The translations under genes were made by a program, and so were the position numbers. Below are positions 7,615-15,646 of a DNA stretch of 32,000 bases, piece by piece; position 1 is the first letter of the stretch, and every line of letters starts with the position of its first letter. The stretch lies in contig JAQVDW010000003.1 of NCBI GenBank assembly GCA_028698185.1, positions 60,001-92,000 on the forward strand, read 5' to 3'. Under the pieces are notes generated by a model that worked only from the letters and a program-made list of their open reading frames with translations, had not been told where the DNA came from and made no database searches. The stretch comes from Erysipelotrichaceae bacterium (GTDB lineage: Bacteria; Bacillota_I; Bacilli_A; Erysipelotrichales; Coprobacillaceae).

Positions 7615-8984
7615 TACATAAAGCCCTCCTCATTTTTGTATGATCCGCTGCTGCGGTAAGTAATCAGGGACACAATAGATAAAATCACAAAAGTCAATAT
7701 CCCGATTACCGCACCTAAATTATAATATTGTTGGTCGATTGTCAGCTTGTATAGCCAGGTAACCAAAAGGTCGGTTTTTCCGGCCGTTGAACCGACCGGA
7801 GTTGGCGCGCCACCCGTAAGCAGGTAAATGACATTGAAATTGTTGATGTTGCCGGTGAACTGGGTGATCAAGTAGGGTGTGGTCACAAACAGCATATAAG
7901 GCAATGTTATTTTGGTGAATATCACAAAACTGTTGGCCCCGTCGACCTTGGCGGACTCGTATAGTTCATGCGGAATGTTTTGGAGGATGCCCGTAACCTG
8001 TATCATGGTAAACGGTATCCCAACCCAGAGATTGATGATGATCACAGTAGCCCGAGCCCATGTGGGATTTGTCAAGAAAGGCAAAGGGCTATCGATCAAG
8101 CCGGATCCAAGCAACAATGTGTTGACCGCCCCGCTTGGCTGGAGCATGGTTTTCATTATCAACAAAGAGACAAACTGCGGAATTGCGATTGACAGGATGA
8201 ACCAAAACCGCCAGAAGGACTTACCGTGGGTATCCTTACGATTGATGATGATGGCAAGCAGCATTCCTAGAATATAATTCAAAGCAGTTGCCAACACAGC
8301 CCATACAATTGTCCAGGCGGCCACTGACCAGAAAGTCTGGCCTAAAGAAGAATTGAAATTGAGGATATCGATGAAGTTTTTGAGGCCTACCCAATCGAAT
8401 AGGATGAGTTTGGAATCGATTTTGGAATAATTCGTAAATGCCATGGAAATCATAAAGATCAACGGCAAGATAGTGAAAATCAGAATTCCTGTCAAAGGGG
8501 CAAAAAGCAGCAATATATGGAGCCTTTTGTCAAAAAGTTCCTGTATGTCCTCCTTGAAAGTGTTAAGATGGAGGTCCTTGGCCACTTTGCATTGGATCTT
8601 GTAGGCGGATATGATATTCACTTGCCACAGACGAATAAATAAAACAGTAACGCCGATTGTCGCGATGCCAAAAAGCAGAATGGTCAATGAGCTATCACCG
8701 CTGGTGTATTCGTAAATGCTTTTGGCCTCATTATAGACCTCGCCTTGAACCTGGTCACCCAATGTCACTAATTCACTGATCAAGTGGAATCCCTTGGTTA
8801 TCATGAATACCAGGTAACCAACTTCAAAACCAAGAAAAAGTAACCCTTTTGCAATTTGTTTATTAAGAAGATGTTTGAGTCCCATCACAACCGCCGATAA
8901 CCGGGTCGAATTGTCGCCGTATTTCAGGGCCGAAATTGTACCGCTATGGCGGCAAGGACGCAATTTTGGAAATATGTTCTTCAT
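7614..8984 (-). CDS. CUT1 sugar ABC permease, MalF/MdxF-like (456 aa, long N-terminal region)
   Basis: The EAA loop is LYESAKVDGANSFVIFTKITLPY. The architecture is MalF-like, with extra N-terminal TM segments and a loop. The RBS GGGAGAA lies upstream of ATG 8984. Confidence 0.9.
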   Translation of the reverse strand: MKNIFPKLRPCRHSGTISALKYGDNSTRLSAVVMGLKHLLNKQIAKGLLFLGFEVGYLVFMITKGFHLISELVTLGDQVQGEVYNEAKSIYEYTSGDSSLTILLFGIATIGVTVLFIRLWQVNIISAYKIQCKVAKDLHLNTFKEDIQELFDKRLHILLLFAPLTGILIFTILPLIFMISMAFTNYSKIDSKLILFDWVGLKNFIDILNFNSSLGQTFWSVAAWTIVWAVLATALNYILGMLLAIIINRKDTHGKSFWRFWFILSIAIPQFVSLLIMKTMLQPSGAVNTLLLGSGLIDSPLPFLTNPTWARATVIIINLWVGIPFTMIQVTGILQNIPHELYESAKVDGANSFVIFTKITLPYMLFVTTPYLITQFTGNINNFNVIYLLTGGAPTPVGSTAGKTDLLVTWLYKLTIDQQYYNLGAVIGILTFVILSIVSLITYRSSGSYKNEEGFM

Positions 8985-9012
8985 AAGATTGTTCTCCCTT
9001 GAATTTTTAAAA

Positions 9013-9031
9013 AGCCCCAGAATCCGGGGCT
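9013..9031 (-). other. Intercistronic hairpin between the SBP and permease genes. It could act as a partial terminator or an mRNA stabiliser.
   Basis: AGCCCC (9013-9018) pairs with GGGGCT (9026-9031) around a 7-nt loop. On the minus strand it is followed by TTTT. Confidence 0.5.
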
Positions 9032-9041
9032 GTTAAAACAA

Positions 9042-10280
9042 TTACTCGGCAATGGTGCTGGCGTTCAGGCTTGCAACAAAGGCTTCGAGTTTTTCACTGG
9101 CGTTGGTGTGGTTGATCTCTTTGCTTATCAAAGATAGGCCGAACACTTCGGCTGCTTTCCAGTAATTTGACATTCCGGCAACAGTTGGTTGGATGAATGC
9201 CGTATTGTTTATTGTATCGTTTTGGGCAACTAAAACCGGATCGCTGGCCAATGTTTCATCTTCCAACAAGTTTAGGCTGCATGGGATGATATTGCGGGCT
9301 TCGTAATGTGATTTTTGAGCCTGGTCACTTCCCAAATAGGAAGCCAGAGCTACAGCGACTTCAGGATATTCGCTGTTAGGGTTAACCCCGATAGCTTTTG
9401 AACCGGCAAATGATTTAAGCTGTTTGGCTTCGCCGTCAATCGTGATTGTAGGCAGTTGGACAGCCCCCAAATTGTCACCTAAGATTTCCTTGACAGACGC
9501 CGCATCCCAAGAACCTGAGAAAAATGCTCCATAGGTGCCATTGCGCATTCCGGCAATTCCCGAACCATCGGCGTCATTGGCGAAATTTTTGTTTGCGACT
9601 AGATCAACCAGATAATTTACTACATCAATTCCAGCTTCACCGCCGTACTGGATTCCGGCATCGTTGTCGGTACCGTCTTCACCGAACATTGTTAATCCAT
9701 TCGCCAGGAAAAATGATGAATTGTACCATGAATTTGAAAGTGGGAAAGCGACTTTGCCTTTTTCGAGCATGGCGTCAAGGCTTTTCACATCATCCGATGA
9801 GAACACTGAAGTGTCATAGTACATGAACCAGGTGTTTGTCGTAAAAGGAACCCCATAGACCGATCCGTCAATTGATACCGAATCAACAACAGTTTTCGAA
9901 TTGTTGGCTTTTACTTGATCCAAGGTGTTTCCGCCCAACTTGGCGATCGCTTGGGCATCAATCAAGGCCTGAAGCTGATCGTTGGCGAACATATAGACAT
10001 CGCCTGCTGCGGATGGATCCTGAGGAATGGTTGTCCCTGCGTCACCTTCCGAACAAACGCCATATTCGAAGGTCAAATCCCAGTTTTCGTGTTCTTCATC
10101 AAAGGCTTCACATTGGGCCTGAAGCCACTTGCCAGAATCTTCAGACTGGTCCTCGGCTGGTGACCATACGGTGATTGTTGCGGTAATTTGTTCTTCCTGT
10201 GTTTCGCTGGTTCCACAACCGGTAACCCCTAACAACAGGGCAGCAGTCACCGAACTAGCTATGATTTTTTTGAAATTCAT
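9042..10280 (-). CDS. Maltodextrin/oligosaccharide-type lipoprotein SBP (MalE/MdxE-like, 412 aa)
   Basis: The signal MNFKKIIASSVTAALLLGVTGC has the lipobox VTGC. The composition is family-1 SBP-like, and the gene is first in the operon with MalF/MalG-like permeases. The RBS is GGAGGG. Confidence 0.85.
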   Translation of the reverse strand: MNFKKIIASSVTAALLLGVTGCGTSETQEEQITATITVWSPAEDQSEDSGKWLQAQCEAFDEEHENWDLTFEYGVCSEGDAGTTIPQDPSAAGDVYMFANDQLQALIDAQAIAKLGGNTLDQVKANNSKTVVDSVSIDGSVYGVPFTTNTWFMYYDTSVFSSDDVKSLDAMLEKGKVAFPLSNSWYNSSFFLANGLTMFGEDGTDNDAGIQYGGEAGIDVVNYLVDLVANKNFANDADGSGIAGMRNGTYGAFFSGSWDAASVKEILGDNLGAVQLPTITIDGEAKQLKSFAGSKAIGVNPNSEYPEVAVALASYLGSDQAQKSHYEARNIIPCSLNLLEDETLASDPVLVAQNDTINNTAFIQPTVAGMSNYWKAAEVFGLSLISKEINHTNASEKLEAFVASLNASTIAE

Positions 10281-10315
10281 TATTGTGTTTCCCTCCTATT
10301 GGTTTTCATAACTAA

Positions 10316-10347
10316 ATTATAGCAACCGTCAGGATATTTTAAATATC
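10316..10347 (-). promoter_or_regulatory. Candidate activator-dependent promoter of the ABC operon, with a 7-1-7 palindrome over the -35 position
   Basis: On the minus strand a TATAAT lies at plus coordinates 10316-10321, with only a weak -35 (TTTAAA or ATTTAA). The palindrome GATATTT-T-AAATATC at 10333-10347 overlaps the -35 region. Confidence 0.35.
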
Positions 10348-10460
10348 GCCTTTTTGTGATGGATGTAAAATTTCTTAATTGGCGGATTTTCCGGGTTTCA
10401 AGAAAGAACAGACTCGGCTGGGGAAAATGTGTACAGATTTCGGGGGAGATAATATCCCAA

Positions 10461-10502
10461 CATAAAAGAAAGCAGCAATCGCCAATTTGGGTCATTGCTG
10501 CT
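10461..10502 (-). terminator. Rho-independent terminator after the histidine kinase gene
   Basis: The stem is AGCAGCAAT (10471-10479) with ATTGCTGCT (10494-10502). On the minus strand it is followed by TTCTTTTAT, and it overlaps the HK stop codon. Confidence 0.65.
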
Positions 10503-12180
10503 TGCGTTGATATTTTTTTGCCGGAAAAATCACGGTAACAATTGTTCCATGGTCAATAATGCTTTCAATATGGATGCCATAATCTTTGCCATAGAAGAGC
10601 TTGATCCTTTCCTGGACATTGAAGACACCATAACCTTTTGAGCTGGTAATCAAAATTGAATCGATCGTGTCCTGGCTCATCCCCACGCCGTTGTCTTCGA
10701 TGATGAGATAGACGGTCTCGGCGCTGATTGTGCCCAGGACCCTAATTGAGCCGCGCCGGTCTTTTAGCAGATCGATCCCATGATTGATGGCATTTTCAAT
10801 CAATGGCTGGAGAATAAGGTTGAGGGTTTCACAGTCATTCAGGTTGTCGTCGATTTCAATTACCGCATCAAAATCATAGTCGTGCATCATCAGCTGCAAA
10901 TCAATATAAGCTTTGATGTTTCCGATTTCGCTGGCGATTGAGCAGACATTGTCACCTTGGTTCAATGCGGTCCGATAAAAGGAAGACAATGACAAGGTGA
11001 TTCGGGAGATATCCGGATTGTTCGACTGGATTGCCTTGAAGTTTATCATTGACAGGGTGTTGTATAAAAAATGGGGGTTGATCTGTTGCTGCAGGGCTTT
11101 TAGCTCATACTCCTTTTGGTGGAGTTTGGATATGTAAAGGTCGTTGATCAGCTTGTTTATCCTCTGGGTCATTTGGGAAAAGCCCCGGATCAGCTGCCCG
11201 ATTTCATCTTGATCACGTGATTCGAGATCGATATCGAAATTCCCGTCTTCAACTTTTTTCATCTCCAGAGCAAGGTTGTGGACGCGGTGGACGATATATT
11301 TGGAAATGAAATACAGGGCCAGCAAGGTGGCTAAGGCGATAATGGCAACAGTCGTCAAAATCGACAGGATAATAGGAATCAAATTGGTCACAGCCGATTT
11401 CGCCGGGCGGTAAATGTTTAGGTTCCATTCACTATTGCCGATCATTTCGGTCTTTTTCAAATAATTGGAATTATCGACATCGGACAAGTCTGCGACCGGA
11501 TAAATATCGTCAAAAGAATTGTAACTGTATACCAGCGTTCCATAGCTGTCAATTGCAAGTGCGCAGTTTTCGGGCAAGGCCGAGGTCAATGTCGCAATTA
11601 GGTTTTCAAATTTTGGTTCGATGAACAAAATGGCCATCAGATTCGGATTGATATATACCTTTCTGATAGAAAAAATTCTTTCATTGGCGATAAACCAATG
11701 GATATTGGAATCTGCCATAACCTCATCGTACCAAGACTGCTCTTTGGCCTGATCGAAATTGACCAGGGTATCGTCATAGTCAACCGCAATATTCGGTATA
11801 TAATAAGTGATTTGATCAAGATCGCTGTGGAAGTAGCTCATTGAGGAAACGGTTGGATCAAGAATATCGCGATACTTCGTATAAATGTCGTACTTGTCCT
11901 CGTTGTTGGCGCTCAATTCAATTACCGATTTGATGTCGTTGTTGAAAGCCAGATAATTGGATAGATTGTCATAGATATTTATTTCGTTTTCCAGGGTCAG
12001 CTTGGCTTGAATCAGGAAACTTTCCATGTTTTCATATTCCTGTTCAATGATCAGGTTGGAAATTTGGCGGTAGCCAAGAAAGCCCATCACCAAAAGTGGC
12101 GCGATGCCTAACAGGATGTAGCTAAGTATCAGCTTCTTTTGTAAGGTTAGATCGTTGAACATCTGTTTGATCTTATTCAT
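10492..12180 (-). CDS. Sensor histidine kinase, YesM-type (two TM segments, extracytoplasmic domain, HAMP, His_kinase, HATPase)
   Basis: TM1 lies at about residues 17-37 and TM2 at about 270-295. The HAMP region is ...DEIGQLIRGFSQMTQRINKL. The phospho-acceptor block is QQINPHFLYNTL and the ATPase block is IIEDNGVGM. Confidence 0.9.
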   Translation of the reverse strand: MNKIKQMFNDLTLQKKLILSYILLGIAPLLVMGFLGYRQISNLIIEQEYENMESFLIQAKLTLENEINIYDNLSNYLAFNNDIKSVIELSANNEDKYDIYTKYRDILDPTVSSMSYFHSDLDQITYYIPNIAVDYDDTLVNFDQAKEQSWYDEVMADSNIHWFIANERIFSIRKVYINPNLMAILFIEPKFENLIATLTSALPENCALAIDSYGTLVYSYNSFDDIYPVADLSDVDNSNYLKKTEMIGNSEWNLNIYRPAKSAVTNLIPIILSILTTVAIIALATLLALYFISKYIVHRVHNLALEMKKVEDGNFDIDLESRDQDEIGQLIRGFSQMTQRINKLINDLYISKLHQKEYELKALQQQINPHFLYNTLSMINFKAIQSNNPDISRITLSLSSFYRTALNQGDNVCSIASEIGNIKAYIDLQLMMHDYDFDAVIEIDDNLNDCETLNLILQPLIENAINHGIDLLKDRRGSIRVLGTISAETVYLIIEDNGVGMSQDTIDSILITSSKGYGVFNVQERIKLFYGKDYGIHIESIIDHGTIVTVIFPAKKYQRKQQ

Positions 12181-13681
12181 TGATCAGACCTGTATTGCGG
12201 AATTTCTGCGGAGATATCCCGTAGAAGTCCCGGAATGATTGACAAAAATACGATACATTGGGGTATCCGACACTGTTTGCGACACTGATGATTTTCTCGT
12301 GGGAGTTTTCAAGCAGTTCCTTGGCTTTTTCCATGCGGTAGGCCTTGATGAACTTGGAAAGATTGATCCCGGTTTCCTTTTTAAAAATGTGCGACAGGTA
12401 GCTTGGCGCCAGGCAAACAAGATCCGCAAGCATATCTACTGAAATGTCTTGTGAATAGTGGGTATAGATATATTTTTGAACAGTCTCGATTTCCTTGTGA
12501 ATGATATCGGTTTGATTGTTGAAGGAAACCTGAAGATCCTCGATAAAAAGTTCAATCACTTTTTCGATGTCTTTTACGTTGCGGGCGTGATAGTAAGCGA
12601 TGATTCTCTGGTTCAATTGCTCGCTGGTCAGTTCGGGAATCGATTGGGCGATTTCCCTGATTACGGTTGCGAAGGTGAATTTGAAATATTCGGTTGAAAA
12701 CTGGTTCGAGTCAACGAAGTTCTTGAAGTATTTATGAATATCGGTTCTCAAGGCAGCACAGTCCTGAAGGCGGATGTCATTCTTTACCGCCTTGAAAACC
12801 GCCTCAAATTCCAAATCTTGGAATTTGCTGTCGATATCATCGCCGTGATACAATACTTGGGTATGGGGCAAGTAATAGCGGGATTCCAGCAGATCCTCAA
12901 GCTCGTCAACACTGGCAGTATAATCGCTGTCTTTGATTGTGGAAATCGCCACAAAACAGGTTTTGGAGAATTTGACACTGACAAAGTTGATGATTGAATT
13001 GGCCAATGCGATCAAACAATCGCGGGAAGCAGCCTCCAAAAAAAGGATGGTCTCATTAGGGTTGATGTTCAAGCTGAAAAATGGAATGCTTGTCAAATGG
13101 GCAATATCCAGATTGAAATTCATGGTGAAAAAATCTTCATCGAAATAGATGGAAATCAAGTTTTTGTATTTGCTCAAGTAACCAGGGACATCGACATCCG
13201 GGTATTGCGCAGCCAGACAGGGCGCGGTTCTTCCGTTGATGACGGACATCAACAGGTGTTCATTAATCAATTTTGCATTGAAGTTTTCCTTAGCCTGTGA
13301 TTGGATGCGCATTTTTCTTTCTTCAATCAGTTTTTCCATGGAGCTGTAAAACTCGCTGGGATCCACGGGCTTCAAAATATATTCCTGCACGCCCAAGGTG
13401 ATGGCCTGTTTTGCATAATCAAAAAGACTGTAGCCTGAAAAAATTATGGTACCCAAATGGTCGTTTATGGCAAAAGCCTGTTTTATCAGCTCCAGACCGT
13501 CCATGAATGGCATCTTTATATCGGTCAAAAGATAATCGATCGGTTCCTGGCGAATAATTTCCAGTGCATTTTGACCGTTATTGGCTTCAAATATTTTAAA
13601 TTGGCGGTTCATGGATTTCAACAAAAATATGATTCCTTGGCGCGATATTTTATCGTCATCGACAACTAAAACGGATTCCAT
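12173..13681 (-). CDS. Response regulator with a C-terminal AraC-type HTH (YesN-type)
   Basis: The REC domain shows LVVDDD...DIKMPFMDGLEL. The C-terminal AraC HTH is ...SYLSHIFKKETGINLSKFIKAYRMEKAKELL...VGYPNVSYFCQSFRDFYGISPQKFR. The gene overlaps the HK gene by 8 nt (ATGAATAA). Confidence 0.9.
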   Translation of the reverse strand: MESVLVVDDDKISRQGIIFLLKSMNRQFKIFEANNGQNALEIIRQEPIDYLLTDIKMPFMDGLELIKQAFAINDHLGTIIFSGYSLFDYAKQAITLGVQEYILKPVDPSEFYSSMEKLIEERKMRIQSQAKENFNAKLINEHLLMSVINGRTAPCLAAQYPDVDVPGYLSKYKNLISIYFDEDFFTMNFNLDIAHLTSIPFFSLNINPNETILFLEAASRDCLIALANSIINFVSVKFSKTCFVAISTIKDSDYTASVDELEDLLESRYYLPHTQVLYHGDDIDSKFQDLEFEAVFKAVKNDIRLQDCAALRTDIHKYFKNFVDSNQFSTEYFKFTFATVIREIAQSIPELTSEQLNQRIIAYYHARNVKDIEKVIELFIEDLQVSFNNQTDIIHKEIETVQKYIYTHYSQDISVDMLADLVCLAPSYLSHIFKKETGINLSKFIKAYRMEKAKELLENSHEKIISVANSVGYPNVSYFCQSFRDFYGISPQKFRNTGLINE

Positions 13682-13684
13682 AAC

Positions 13685-14182
13685 TTACTCCTCTCTGGTG
13701 AAGAAATGAGAATGTTTCGGGTTCAGTTCCCGTGCAAGCTCTTCATTTAACTGGGTGATCACTGAAATTCTCTCACCGTTCGCTTGAAACAAAAGATAGA
13801 CTAACTCATAATCGCTTGCACCGATGAATCTCATGGTCCTGGATTTATGGCTGGTCCCAGGGCAGGCGATTGTGTTCTTGTTATGGCTCAATGCAACAAG
13901 GTCATCCAGATTGGCACGGAAAACCGTTTTGCGTTTGCGAGAGTTTGTCACCTGAGCAATTTCGAAATCCCGGTTGAATACCGTATAATCATATTCGATC
14001 TTGTTGGAGTTGTGGGACCAGATCGCCAGCAAGATCATCAATATGGCACCCAGGATAAAATAGAATAAAAATGCGCTCAAGACAAAAAACAAGAGAGCCA
14101 GGGAGATGAATAAATTCCTGCTAATGATCAGATGTATTTTTTTTGGCCCTTTTACTGTTTGTTCCAGATATATGTTTTCCAT
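13685..14182 (-). CDS. Membrane protein of unknown function (165 aa), first gene of the two-component operon
   Basis: The RBS AGGGAG lies upstream of ATG 14182. The hydrophobic stretch LFISLALLFFVLSAFLFYFILGAILMILLAIW (about residues 24-55) is followed by roughly 110 soluble residues with no motif I recognise. The stop lies 3 nt before the RR start, and the RR RBS GAGGAG sits in its last codons. Confidence 0.7.
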   Translation of the reverse strand: MENIYLEQTVKGPKKIHLIISRNLFISLALLFFVLSAFLFYFILGAILMILLAIWSHNSNKIEYDYTVFNRDFEIAQVTNSRKRKTVFRANLDDLVALSHNKNTIACPGTSHKSRTMRFIGASDYELVYLLFQANGERISVITQLNEELARELNPKHSHFFTREE

Positions 14183-14202
14183 ACTATGCTCCCTTCTTTA
14201 AT

Positions 14203-14217
14203 GGATAACAATATTTT
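14203..14217. promoter_or_regulatory. Copy 1 of a shared 15-mer (GGATAACAATATTTT). It overlaps a candidate extended -10 (TGtTAAAAT, minus strand) of the membrane-protein/TCS operon.
   Basis: It matches 15552-15566 at 14 of 15 positions. The minus-strand hexamer TAAAAT lies at plus coordinates 14213-14218 and is preceded by TGt. Confidence 0.3.
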
Positions 14218-14356
14218 AACACACCATATATAAATAGGGATGCCAAATTTTTTAGATAGCTGTTGAATATATAAAAAAATTACTACTTTTATAAAAAATC
14301 TTATATATAAATTTGATCCGTATTTCATTATAATTTAGGTATGGAGGTTATCAGTA

Positions 14357-15469
14357 ATGGCTAAACTAACTTTGGAAAACGTCTGCAAAACCTATGAAAA
14401 TGGGTTTGAGGCGGTTAAAAATTTTAATATCGAGATAGGGGACCGCGAGTTCATAATTTTCGTAGGTCCTTCGGGTTGTGGCAAATCAACCACATTGCGG
14501 ATGATTGCCGGGCTGGAAGATATTTCGTCGGGTGAATTGAAAATTGACGGACGGATAGTCAATGATGTAGAACCCAAGGATCGGGATATTGCGATGGTAT
14601 TTCAAAACTATGCGCTATATCCGCATATGACAGTATATCAGAATATGGCATTTGGTTTGCGAATCCGTCATTTGCCCAAGGCGGAAATTGACACGATAAT
14701 CAGGGAAGTTGCCAAAATTCTCGACTTGGAGAGTCTGTTGGACCGCAAGCCCAAGGCTCTTTCCGGCGGGCAAAGACAACGGGTGGCGATGGGAAGGGCA
14801 ATGGTGCGCAATCCCAAAATATTCCTGATGGACGAACCGTTGTCCAACCTTGACGCCAAATTGCGGGTGCAGATGAGAATGGAAATCGCAAAATTGCACA
14901 AAAGGCTTGGTTCGACGATGATATATGTAACCCATGACCAGACCGAAGCGATGACTTTGGGAACAAGAATCGTGGTGATGAACAAGGGGATTGTCCAGCA
15001 GATCGACACTCCAACCAGACTCTATGGCAAGCCGAAGAACCTTTTTGTGGCGGGGTTTATCGGATCGCCCCAAATGAATTTCTTCAAGGCCCAAGTGGTA
15101 ATGGAAAATAATGAGGTCATTCTGAAAATCGATGACAAAACCATCATCAAACCAGCTGTCGCAAGAGGGAACCGTCTTAAAGAATTGGGTTACCTGGGCC
15201 AAGAAATAATTGTGGGAATCCGACCTGAAGACATTCATGACGAGGAAATCTTTATTGCTTCAAGCCAGGATACGGTATTTACAAGCGAAGTTGAAGCGAT
15301 TGAAACACTTGGTAGCGACACCTATCTTCATCTTGGTTTGCACGGCATCAAAATTGTTGCCCGGGTCGACCCGCGCAGCAATGCCAAAACCGAACAGGAA
15401 ATGAGACTTGCCTTCGATGCCAATCAAATGCATTTTTTTGATCTGGCCAGTGAAGAAGCGATTTATTGA
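14357..15469 (+). CDS. msmK: Multiple-sugar ABC transporter ATP-binding protein (MsmK/MsmX/MalK type)
   Basis: Walker A is GPSGCGKST, the signature motif is LSGGQRQR and Walker B is IFLMDEPLSNLD, with the H-loop in YVTHDQ. A C-terminal MalK-like regulatory/TOBE-type domain is present. The RBS is GGAGG. Confidence 0.9.
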   Translation: MAKLTLENVCKTYENGFEAVKNFNIEIGDREFIIFVGPSGCGKSTTLRMIAGLEDISSGELKIDGRIVNDVEPKDRDIAMVFQNYALYPHMTVYQNMAFGLRIRHLPKAEIDTIIREVAKILDLESLLDRKPKALSGGQRQRVAMGRAMVRNPKIFLMDEPLSNLDAKLRVQMRMEIAKLHKRLGSTMIYVTHDQTEAMTLGTRIVVMNKGIVQQIDTPTRLYGKPKNLFVAGFIGSPQMNFFKAQVVMENNEVILKIDDKTIIKPAVARGNRLKELGYLGQEIIVGIRPEDIHDEEIFIASSQDTVFTSEVEAIETLGSDTYLHLGLHGIKIVARVDPRSNAKTEQEMRLAFDANQMHFFDLASEEAIY

Positions 15470-15473
15470 GCAT

Positions 15474-15498
15474 AAGGGCGAATGCCCTTTTTGTTTTT
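15474..15498 (+). terminator. Rho-independent terminator after msmK
   Basis: The hairpin is AAGGGC-GAAT-GCCCTT, followed by TTTGTTTTT. Confidence 0.75.
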
Positions 15499-15512
15499 AA
15501 TCGCGCTAAACA

Positions 15513-15539
15513 TTTACAATAATAGGCAATCGTTATACT
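15513..15539 (+). promoter_or_regulatory. Candidate promoter of the phosphorylase/glucanotransferase operon: TTTACA, 15 nt spacer, TATACT.
   Basis: Both hexamers are good, but the 15-nt spacer is short. Confidence 0.35.
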
Positions 15540-15551
15540 ATTAGATTAACA

Positions 15552-15566
15552 GGATATCAATATTTT
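15552..15566. promoter_or_regulatory. Copy 2 of the shared 15-mer (GGATATCAATATTTT), 13 nt downstream of the candidate -10
   Basis: It matches 14203-14217 at 14 of 15 positions. A further GGATAT follows at 15572-15577. Confidence 0.3.
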
Positions 15567-15646
15567 TTGATGGATATGAGATTTTTTATATCGGGTTGTT
15601 TATTGGTAATGTAAGTGGTAGCTTGTATTTGGGGAGGATATTTATA

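Noticed and set aside
14615-15238. Antisense ORFs of 207, 113 and 104 aa inside msmK. All three reverse frames are open over about 14700-15009.
   Set aside because: This stretch of msmK simply lacks TTA, CTA and TCA trinucleotides because it is locally GC-richer and conserved. The translations are His/Cys/Arg-rich and unprotein-like, and no RBS or promoter is evident. This is a known artefact of antisense frames in ABC ATPase genes.
15501-15540. Possible cre (CcpA) or MalR-type operator in TTAATCGCGCTAAACA and GGCAATCGTTATAC upstream of glgP.
   Set aside because: Neither fits TGWAANCGNTNWCA at the invariant G2, C7/G8 or C13 positions, and neither is palindromic. I found no convincing cre site in any intergenic region of the window.
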